A stretch of DNA of 36,314 nt from Bdellovibrionia bacterium (GTDB taxonomy: Bacteria; Bdellovibrionota; UBA1018). The notes below the pieces were generated by a model. The model was given only the letters and a program-made list of their open reading frames with translations, was not told the origin of the DNA and did not search any database. The stretch is from positions 1 to 36,314 of the forward strand of contig JBMSSC010000011.1 in NCBI GenBank assembly GCA_049424145.1, given 5' to 3'. Of this stretch, positions 9,643-17,599 are shown piece by piece (the first letter of the stretch is position 1; each line of letters starts with the position of its first letter). A program made the position numbers and the translations under genes.

Positions 9643-11613
9643 GTGAGCTTTTCAGTTCGAGATGGAAAATTTGACGTGGTCATTGCGGCAGGGCCGCGAG
9701 TTGAAAATTGGCCTTCCATTGGAGTTCGAGCGATCTCCTCGATTTGTGCCGAAATGGGCTTGAGCGTGGGTCAGTTTGGTGGAGAGTCCATGAGCGTACG
9801 AGGGGTGATCCCCTTGGAAACAGGCGGACTGGTGATCCTTGAGGACTCTCAAAAACGAATCCACCGGATTCAAGCCCGAAGCGTGGTTCGAGTGGCGCAA
9901 GACTCCGAACTGTGTGATCCGTTTTCAGGCTGGACATCCGCAGGCTTGATTCCCATCTCCACGGCCGAGCGCCTGCTCTCAGAAGGCATGAAGTCCTCCA
10001 CTTCAGCTGATGCGGTAAGCTGGACGCATCCCATGACTGTCATCCTGGGCAGCGGCAATCGAGCCTTTCGTCTGGGATGTAGGCTTCTGGAATCAGGAAC
10101 TCCCGAGGTGATTTGCATTGAAACGCGCTCGGATTGGCATGCCAAACGATTTTCAGGCTGGGAAGTGGAAAAGCGACACTTTGAACAATGTGGAGGAAAA
10201 CTCATCGAGGCCACTCCCATTCAACTGCTCGCCAAAGCTCCCTTGCTGTGGCAACTGAGGGTTCAAGACCGCCATGGAATTCGAGTTCTGGATGTAGGAC
10301 GTGTGATTTCGGTTGGGCCATTTTCAGAGCACCCCGGAATTCGCGAGTACCCTCCGGGTTCTTTCTTATTTGAACTGGAACAAACAGCACTCAACAGTCG
10401 AGCTGAGCACATGGAGGGCTGGATCACGGAGGAGGAAAGGGGCCAGTGGCTTGCCGCTCGAATCGTCAAGGCTTTGGTCTCCGATCTTGGACCGAAACGT
10501 GAGTTACTCGAGCGCATCTACCGCAGAGCCAAAGGACGAGTCAAAAAGCTCAATACTCATCGTGCACAGCCGTTCACCCCCTCTTATTCTGGCAAATGGC
10601 TTGCACCGCATGACCTGAAATCTCTTAAAGCCTTCAGCGGAGTGCCTAAAACGGCTCAAAAAATTAAGCCCATCGCCTCCATCGAATGTTTTGAAGAAAT
10701 TGGCTGCAATCTCTGCCAAAGCGCCTGTCCGACCTCTGCGATTCAAATTGGAAAACTACCGCGACCCACGACCACTCCCATTCTCAATGAAAACGCCTGC
10801 ACGGGCTGTGGACTCTGCCTACCTGCGTGCCCCTCGGCCTCCATCGCCTTAGTTCGGGAAGACGAAGCCAAGTCAACGGTTCCTTTGACCTTAACCTGGA
10901 GAGGAGTCAAGCCCTGGAAAGTGGGAGAATTTGCGACCCTCGTCAATCGTCGGGGAGAACACTTAGGCTCAGCCCGAGTCACCCAAGTCCTTGAATCGCC
11001 TGATCCCAACACCCAGATGGTTCAAGTGGAAACGCCGAGTCACTTAGTCTGGGAGGCACGCGGATTGAAACGAAAGTCGCTGGATGAATCACCGGAAGAT
11101 GCATCGTTTGCAGCCCAACACCTCATCTCAACTCACTCGGAAAAAGTCGAGATCACACTGAACCAAGAAAAAAGATGGGTACGAGACCGAATCCCCATTT
11201 CCCTGGCCCTGTTTGAACTCGGTCAAAGCCGCCCCTCGGATCTGCTGTTTTGTAAAGATGGAAGCTGTGGCTTATGTACCCTCTCGGTGGACGGAAATAA
11301 AAAGCTCGCCTGCCAAACGAAAACGCATCAAGGCATGATGATCCGTTTGGACTCTCCGCTTAAGCCCCCTGCGCTAGACCCTCTGTGTGCTTGTTTAAAC
11401 CTCTCTGCAGAGGAAATTTTAGCTCGAGTGAAAAAAGGCAACCTCAAGTCACCTGAAGCGGTCATCTCCGTAACACAAGCCGCTCAGGGAAAGTGCCATG
11501 GACAAATTTGCATGGGAGCATTAAGACGCCTCTTAGAAGCCCAGGATCTCCCCATTAAACAGTGGATCGATTGGCGGTTTCCTTGGTCCGACTGGGTGAT
11601 GCCGAATAGTTAA
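9643..11613 (+). CDS. Multidomain Fe-S protein: oxidoreductase-like N-domain + 2x[4Fe-4S] + [2Fe-2S] + BFD-like [2Fe-2S]
   Basis: ECFEEIGCNLCQSACP, CTGCGLCLPACP, FCKDGSCGLC...ACQT and LCAC...GKCHGQIC motifs; VILGSGN second Rossmann strand. Confidence 0.8.
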   Translation: MSFSVRDGKFDVVIAAGPRVENWPSIGVRAISSICAEMGLSVGQFGGESMSVRGVIPLETGGLVILEDSQKRIHRIQARSVVRVAQDSELCDPFSGWTSAGLIPISTAERLLSEGMKSSTSADAVSWTHPMTVILGSGNRAFRLGCRLLESGTPEVICIETRSDWHAKRFSGWEVEKRHFEQCGGKLIEATPIQLLAKAPLLWQLRVQDRHGIRVLDVGRVISVGPFSEHPGIREYPPGSFLFELEQTALNSRAEHMEGWITEEERGQWLAARIVKALVSDLGPKRELLERIYRRAKGRVKKLNTHRAQPFTPSYSGKWLAPHDLKSLKAFSGVPKTAQKIKPIASIECFEEIGCNLCQSACPTSAIQIGKLPRPTTTPILNENACTGCGLCLPACPSASIALVREDEAKSTVPLTLTWRGVKPWKVGEFATLVNRRGEHLGSARVTQVLESPDPNTQMVQVETPSHLVWEARGLKRKSLDESPEDASFAAQHLISTHSEKVEITLNQEKRWVRDRIPISLALFELGQSRPSDLLFCKDGSCGLCTLSVDGNKKLACQTKTHQGMMIRLDSPLKPPALDPLCACLNLSAEEILARVKKGNLKSPEAVISVTQAAQGKCHGQICMGALRRLLEAQDLPIKQWIDWRFPWSDWVMPNS

Positions 11614-12565
11614 TTTCATTTAAGAATTTTTCAATTCTCAAATTCACCAACTCCGGAAGATCCATCTGAGGACAATGACTCCCATGATGAATCACCTCAA
11701 GCTTACTATTGGGAATTAATTGCTGCATGAGCTGTTGTTGCTCCACTGGAATCACTCGATCATGCTCCCCGGCGAGAATGAGCGTGGGCACATGAATGGT
11801 ATGAAGCCAGGCATTGGCATCCACCGTGTCGTAGTTTTCAATTAAATGAAGGAGGATCGCAGGGTCCGTATCGGCCACTTGGTCAACATACAGCTCAATA
11901 TCCTCCTTGGGCGTCAAATGGGGATTAAAACCTCCTAGAGCAACCAGAGAACGAGCCAAGGGATTGCCCTTGGTTGACCTCCAGAGCAGCCTAAGCAACT
12001 CTGGGGAGTGATCATAAAACTTCCTAAGCACCGTAAAGGCGGCTTGAAGGGAGTTGTGACGAAATAAAGTCTCCAAGGGCCTTCTTGCCGTGCCATTAGC
12101 CAGAATCAGGCCTGCCACACGATGCGGCTGTTGACGATAAAACTCAAGCGCAACATTAACGCCCATGCTATGACCTAAAACCACCGCGTCTGAAACATTC
12201 AGTTCATCCAGAACACTGCCTAGATCCCGGGCAATGTTTTCCAGCGACAGGCTTTTTAAGTTCTGCGGAACCTCGGAGTTTTGATGACCTCGATAATCAT
12301 ACCAAATTGCCTGATAGTTTTTTTGAAAATGCTCAATCTGATAGGTCCAATGCAGGCTCGAGCAAATTAACCCGTAACAAAAAACAAGCGGTTTTCCGCT
12401 ACCCTCTAAACTATAAAATAACCGGGTGCCATCAAAGCTTTTAATAAAACCATGCCTCACCGGGGGGCGATCCCCGAGACTCTGCTCCCGAGTGGACCTA
12501 CTTTTCTTCCTAGCCCCAGCAGGCCTGGGCTTCGCTGGAAAAGCCGATGTCTTTGAGTTTTGCAT
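11555..12565 (-). CDS. Alpha/beta-fold hydrolase
   Basis: DYRGH, GHSMG nucleophile elbow, GEHD acid and GSHC His; 3' end overlaps the convergent Fe-S gene by 59 nt. Confidence 0.9.
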   Translation of the reverse strand: MQNSKTSAFPAKPRPAGARKKSRSTREQSLGDRPPVRHGFIKSFDGTRLFYSLEGSGKPLVFCYGLICSSLHWTYQIEHFQKNYQAIWYDYRGHQNSEVPQNLKSLSLENIARDLGSVLDELNVSDAVVLGHSMGVNVALEFYRQQPHRVAGLILANGTARRPLETLFRHNSLQAAFTVLRKFYDHSPELLRLLWRSTKGNPLARSLVALGGFNPHLTPKEDIELYVDQVADTDPAILLHLIENYDTVDANAWLHTIHVPTLILAGEHDRVIPVEQQQLMQQLIPNSKLEVIHHGSHCPQMDLPELVNLRIEKFLNEINYSASPSRTKETANRSTV

Positions 12566-12589
12566 GTTTGAAAGCCCCTACCTCTGAAG

Positions 12590-12618
12590 ACTCTACCCTT
12601 AACCCCTCTGGGTTTCAA
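12590..12618 (-). promoter_or_regulatory. Sigma70-like promoter of the hydrolase
   Basis: TTGAAA-17 nt-TAGAGT on the minus strand, 24 nt before the ATG; purine-rich SD-like GAGGTAGGGG in the leader. Confidence 0.5.
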
Positions 12619-12684
12619 GGCGAGTTGGACCAAAATCGAGCAAACTAGGTTCAGTCCCTCTTCTTTTTCAGCAAAGGTCTTCTT

Positions 12685-13152
12685 TTAACTTGCAGCCGAC
12701 CCACTTGAATCAGGTTTTTGGATTCGGAGCATGTTCTCGCAAACTGCGACAAATGCCGATTGAGTGCCAGGATCAGCTAATCGGTAAGCATCATAAAGCT
12801 TGCGAATGAAAACATAATCTTTATTGGCTACCAATAAAGTGGGCGGATGACTGGGATCGCCCCCCTCCGACATGGAGTCAGATTTTCTACCCAATCGCTC
12901 ACTGAGCTTAATGGCATATTCTTTTTCTAAAAGTGACTGGATTTCTGCATCTGAGGCCGAGAGCGCCTTAGCAATGAAAGGAACCTGAACAGCAGGAAGA
13001 GGTGTGACTCCTCGCTCAATATTGGAAATAAACTGGGTTGTTACCGGAGGCTCTAAAAGCTGACCTAGAGCCTTCTGAGAGAGATTCAAAGCCTCTCTAT
13101 TTTTTCTAATAAAATCCCCTACTAATCTAACACGATTTAGCTTTCCACTCAT
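12685..13152 (-). CDS. XRE/Cro-C1 family helix-turn-helix transcriptional regulator
   Basis: IRKNREALNLSQKALG...TTQFISNIERG HTH_XRE pattern. Confidence 0.85.
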   Translation of the reverse strand: MSGKLNRVRLVGDFIRKNREALNLSQKALGQLLEPPVTTQFISNIERGVTPLPAVQVPFIAKALSASDAEIQSLLEKEYAIKLSERLGRKSDSMSEGGDPSHPPTLLVANKDYVFIRKLYDAYRLADPGTQSAFVAVCENMLRIQKPDSSGSAAS

Positions 13153-13161
13153 AATATATAA

Positions 13162-13190
13162 ATATTAACGCATAGCATTAAATTTGTCAA
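13162..13190 (-). promoter_or_regulatory. Sigma70-like promoter with internal inverted repeat (candidate autoregulatory operator)
   Basis: TTGACA-17 nt-TAATAT ending 9 nt before the XRE ATG; TTAACGC-ATA-GCATTAA (13165-13181) covers the spacer and part of the -10. Confidence 0.55.
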
Positions 13191-13424
13191 CTATGGTTCT
13201 TTAAGTAATAATTCCAATCGTTCTATGGACTTAATAAAAGTGAAAATCCAGACCCAAAAAAAACAAGGACCAACGCCATTTTCAGATGCCCTAATCCAGC
13301 TAAAAAACCTAAAAAATCACCCAAACTGTCTAATTTAAAAATAAATAAAAAATTATCTATTCCTATTTTTATTAACTAAAATGTTAAGATTAACGAACAC
13401 TAAACCAATAGGCGAATAAAAATC

Positions 13425-14594
13425 ATGTGGATCGTTCGAGCCCCCTCGGGGCAATCCGATCGGGGTATTAGAAAAAAAAACCAAAACCAGCGGATAAAGT
13501 CTACTCTCAGACGAACACCTAGGATGCATCTTTTGGTCTTAGTTTTCATCTACCCTTGCACTTCTCTGTTAGCTGGCACGAGTGGTGACTGGTATGCGCT
13601 CACATCAATCAAGCCACAGCAGCCCCAAATCGGATTTAAAGTCTTTAAAAATGAAAACTTAGACGCAGCCCACATCGAAGCAGAAGTCGAGCGCAAAGCC
13701 AACCGACTGATCAACCAACGGTATGAGCAATTGCAAGCTCGATATGGTCGCCTTTTTCCTAACTCATGGAAGGTCAATCCGTTCGTCCAGTTCTATGCTG
13801 AGTCCGAATTATCCCCTGAGCAAAAAACAGAAGTCCAAAGACAAAAAAAAATACATCACCTCGAGGAAAAACCCTTGATCTTGATGGAAAACCTACTCCC
13901 TCAAGACCATCCCACTTTTTCTTTTAAATCTATTGCTCTTGAGAAACAAATCGACTCATTAAAAAATTTCATTACCGAGGGGTTTACAGACCCAAAAGAC
14001 CACGTAAAAATTCTAGACCTATTTTTTAAAAAACTCTATGAGATCACGCTTCTATCAATTTTAACTGGGGTCACCATTGACGACAGTGATTTTTTTATTA
14101 TTAGGCCAAAAGCCCACGTTACCGACCCAAAAAACTATATCAATCAGCTGAAGATCAAGATTGCTGACCTAGGCGAAGCCACTGACATCCTCCAGCCCAT
14201 CCAAGGAAACCCTCTTTTTGAATCTCAAATGAATTTTTGCCATGCAAACGAAGCTAAGCTGATGTCAACTTTTTTTCTAGCTGACATTCAGCAAGTGATC
14301 CAAGTCTTAGAAGCAAACAACGGGGAATACTACGTCAACAAAATGAAGCCGTTGACGAATCTGATCACCACTATTTTAAACGAAACCCACTCATCCTATG
14401 ATGAAAAAACCAGCTCTTTCTACAGAACAGCCATTGAAGGCGAGCTTCGCAAATTTAAAGTCCCAGTTCAAAAAGAAATTCAAGAGATCATGCGAATATT
14501 CAGTTTAAAAAACTGCGAGCAGAAAAACCGTCGACCGAACGTGAATATAAAAATCACTCAACATTACTGTGAAGGCGTCATCCAGGCATATTAA
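13425..14594 (+). CDS. Hypothetical protein, probably exported
   Basis: 389-codon AT-rich ORF; hydrophobic MHLLVLVFIYPCTSLLAG after a basic stretch (alternative start ATG 13524); no recognisable domain. Confidence 0.7.
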   Translation: MWIVRAPSGQSDRGIRKKNQNQRIKSTLRRTPRMHLLVLVFIYPCTSLLAGTSGDWYALTSIKPQQPQIGFKVFKNENLDAAHIEAEVERKANRLINQRYEQLQARYGRLFPNSWKVNPFVQFYAESELSPEQKTEVQRQKKIHHLEEKPLILMENLLPQDHPTFSFKSIALEKQIDSLKNFITEGFTDPKDHVKILDLFFKKLYEITLLSILTGVTIDDSDFFIIRPKAHVTDPKNYINQLKIKIADLGEATDILQPIQGNPLFESQMNFCHANEAKLMSTFFLADIQQVIQVLEANNGEYYVNKMKPLTNLITTILNETHSSYDEKTSSFYRTAIEGELRKFKVPVQKEIQEIMRIFSLKNCEQKNRRPNVNIKITQHYCEGVIQAY

Positions 14595-14802
14595 TCAGGA
14601 ACCCCAAAAAACCGCTTCATGAATGATCGTAAAAGCTCTCCAGAAGTTTAACTCCGGACCCCACGAAAACTTCTCAAGATCGAAACCGAAGACCCAGAGC
14701 CTGAGAGAAAAATTCTTCTTCTACGCTTGAAAAGCGCTCAAAATCCATGAGACTACCCACCTGGACTCCCAATTTTTTCTTAAGACGAATCATGTTCTGA
14801 CC

Positions 14803-15522
14803 CTAGTATTCAAAATGCTCTCTCCCCGGTGCCATATATCGAAATGAAATCGTCTGAATACCGCTATCGGTCATGGCTTGAAGGACATTTTGGCTTTCTG
14901 AAACTGCATCGTCAACAAAGAGAACAAACCGCGGGATCTTTTGCGAGGGATGCGCCTGTGGTGAGCTGAGTAATGCTTTGAAGACTGCCCCCTTATTCAC
15001 CAGACTCCCAAATAGAATTCCATTCTCATACTTTACCTCTCCTGCCTCAGCAAAAAACAGGGAGTGATTTTTAAATCCCATGGGCCGATGAAATTCTGGA
15101 TCTGTAAAAAACTGATAGGAAGCCTCGCTCAATTCTTGAGCCGTTCTAGGTCCAGGAACTCTTGCCGTAATAGCAATCACAGTACACCCTCTTGAAGCCA
15201 ACTCTTTTAGAACCCATGGCGTCTTCTACTCGACTGGCACTCTGGTCTTAAAATCATGCGATGAGGGTTCAATGAGGGTTCCATCAATATCAAATCCACA
15301 CACCGAATCCGAAAGATCCGCGGGGATCATCTCGAGTAAATCACTCATTGCAAAAAGCTCAATCGGAGTCATTCGCCTGAGCCTCTCTGATCCTGGGATT
15401 TTTTTTCCGACTTCTTCGGAAGCTCGTGGGTCGACGGACCAAGAAAAATCACGCTTCATCGCGTAAGACTCCGAACTCAAAACAACGATCCAAGCTAATA
15501 ATAAAACTAAGACTCGATTCAA
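14803..15522 (-). pseudogene. Exported HAD-superfamily (DUF2608-like) phosphatase interrupted by one in-frame TAG at 15226-15228
   Basis: ORFs 15226-15522 and 14803-15201 are in the same frame: ...VPVE*KTPWVLKELASRG...; motif I (FDIDGTL) lies before the stop, and motifs II (IAITAR), III (NKG) and IV (LFVDD) after it; AAGGAG SD before TTG 15522. Confidence 0.75.
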
Positions 15523-16174
15523 AACTTACTCCTTTTTCCTACAATTAATAATAACCAGTAATCTTTGATGAACAATGCAGTCTAATATTTTTAAATCACA
15601 CAATTTACACGCAGTAGAAGACAGCAATTCAATCGACTCTCTCAAACTAAAAAGCTCATTGACAATTTCACATCAGCCTATTTAGACGTAAGTGCTGATA
15701 AATTCTTTTAAACAAATCGGGGCTGATGAAACTTAAACAATTCTTAAAAATATAAAATAAAGAATCAGGTTTATCCGCCATTTTTTAACGTTAAAAACTC
15801 AAGTCTTAAAATTCATCCATCTTTTACAGGACTAGACGAAATAATTCAATTTATTTTTTAATTTTTGTTAATATATTTTTATCACCTCAACTAGAGTATC
15901 TCTTTAATCGCTCAGCGAGCATGCACCCCTCCGATTTTTGAATCACCCAGCGACTTCCCATGAGATTGTGGACTTAGCCTGGCTCGATTGAGACTTGCGA
16001 GGTGTTTCTTTAAATGGAGATCGGGTCAATCCTCAGATTTCATGGATCTCTTGAGTTTAAGATTCCTGACGACAAGACTCCTGCCAACAGAGTGGAATTG
16101 AATGATTCCAGTTGATGATTGCCTGATTTCAATGTTTTGTCTATCGATGCTATCAAGAGATCCTGAGAGGCGGG

Positions 16175-17575
16175 CTATTCCGATGGACAACTCGGTCCAT
16201 CCGACAAATCAAAATCGTCTAACTGACTCAGGATGAGCAGAGGTGAGTCTAGGAGTTGCGCCCAGTTTGCATCAATTTGATTACACGATAGGTTGATTCG
16301 CTGAATTGTCTTCCTTGGAAGCAATCCCTGAAGAAGAACTCTTGCTCCCAGCGCACCCAAGCGATTTTGACTCAGATCGAGCTCTTTGAGTGAAGGCAAT
16401 CGAATGACCAGTAATGAGAGCACCCGAGCAATTTGAGAGTCCCAGCGGTTCTGCCCCAATTTCAGAGTTTCCAGATGGAGAAGCCCAGTTAAGGCGCCCA
16501 GTAAAGCCCGAATCTGCACCTCCTGAAGCCCCATCCGCTGAAGACTCAAGCTTTTTAACTGCCTCACCTGAGCAAGCCCCTGGGCAAGCGCCTGAGTGGA
16601 CTGAACTGATAGCGAAAGACCACTCAGACTGAGCTCACGAAGGCCCGACAGCAAGGGTAAGCTTTGGGCCAGGGCAATTAAATCTTCCTGCCCCAGGGCG
16701 AGATCCTCAAGCTCAAGCCTTTGAAGGCGTTTAAGGCTCGGAAGAACGTCTTGTAAAAACTCTCTGGGAATGAATTGCAGGGGATTTCTGGAAAGATTCA
16801 GAGACTCTAGACTTGGATGATGAGCTAACCCGAGACCAAGGGCTCGAAGGCCTGCCTCAGTCATTGAAGTCCCTGCGAGGTTCAATGACTTAAGCTGCCT
16901 AAGCTCGGGCAGGATCCGGGAAAACTCCTGAAGCTCATTCGGCTCAAGAGGAGCAGAGGAAAGATCCAATTCTTGAAGATCCTCAAAGTCTCTCAATCCA
17001 TCAAAACTCAAGGGTACGTGCCCGGATTCAAATGAGACGCCCGATGGGCTTCGATCCTGAGGCAGCTCAATCCTCAACGCACGAAAATCAAGTGCCTGAG
17101 GATGATGGAGAAAGGCACTCCACTCGGCTGAATTCTGGATCCTCAAATGCAGCTTCGAACAAATGTAACTCTGAGTTCCCTGAGAGAGAAACTGGTCAAA
17201 CGTCCATCGGGGAAGCGTGAGCGGACAGGGAAGTTGAGCTTGGCGAAATCGACGCAGAACAGATGGCCGACTGAGCACATGACGAAACTCTTGAGACACC
17301 TCTCTGAGGACTAAAAATCGGTCATAGGAAAGTCGCTCGACGACCTCAATGAGAAGGTCGACAGGAAGGTCGACGAGCGACCTGGCATAATCACCAGAGA
17401 CTTCTCCAATCACAGCAGGGGACTGAGACTCAACCGCGTGGGCCTGCGTCTGAGCTAGGACCAGAAAAAAAACAAAACTCATTGAACCAACTGGAATCCC
17501 TAAGAGGATTGGCACTTTCCCCAGATACCGATTGAACCACGACGAGAGCGTAATTTTTTTTTGCCTCCTCGACAC
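16175..17575 (-). CDS. Signal peptide + F-box + RI-like leucine-rich repeat protein
   Basis: F-box SLVDLPVDLLIEVVERLSYDRFLVLREVSQEFRHVL (aa 66-101); nine 28-aa LRRs; hydrophobic segment ending in AHA; AGGGGG before GTG 17575 (alternative ATG 17482). Confidence 0.85.
   Translation of the reverse strand: MSRRQKKITLSSWFNRYLGKVPILLGIPVGSMSFVFFLVLAQTQAHAVESQSPAVIGEVSGDYARSLVDLPVDLLIEVVERLSYDRFLVLREVSQEFRHVLSRPSVLRRFRQAQLPCPLTLPRWTFDQFLSQGTQSYICSKLHLRIQNSAEWSAFLHHPQALDFRALRIELPQDRSPSGVSFESGHVPLSFDGLRDFEDLQELDLSSAPLEPNELQEFSRILPELRQLKSLNLAGTSMTEAGLRALGLGLAHHPSLESLNLSRNPLQFIPREFLQDVLPSLKRLQRLELEDLALGQEDLIALAQSLPLLSGLRELSLSGLSLSVQSTQALAQGLAQVRQLKSLSLQRMGLQEVQIRALLGALTGLLHLETLKLGQNRWDSQIARVLSLLVIRLPSLKELDLSQNRLGALGARVLLQGLLPRKTIQRINLSCNQIDANWAQLLDSPLLILSQLDDFDLSDGPSCPSE
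16223..16978 (-). repeat. Nine tandem 28-codon leucine-rich repeats (ribonuclease-inhibitor-like)
   Basis: LxxLxLxxxxL units at exact 28-aa period from aa 200 to 451, e.g. LKELDLSQNRLGALGARVLLQGLLPRKT. Confidence 0.9.
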
Positions 17576-17599
17576 GCTTGCCCCCTATAATATAAATTT

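Noticed and set aside
13440..13480. GC hairpins (GCCCC/GGGGC, CCGATCGG) next to an A-run as a terminator or riboswitch
   Set aside because: The U-tract is on the wrong side for either strand, the stems are short, and no known aptamer motif is present.
16223..16978. Periodic sequence as a CRISPR or DNA tandem repeat
   Set aside because: Periodicity is at protein level (84 nt) with divergent codons; no identical repeats with spacers and no cas genes.
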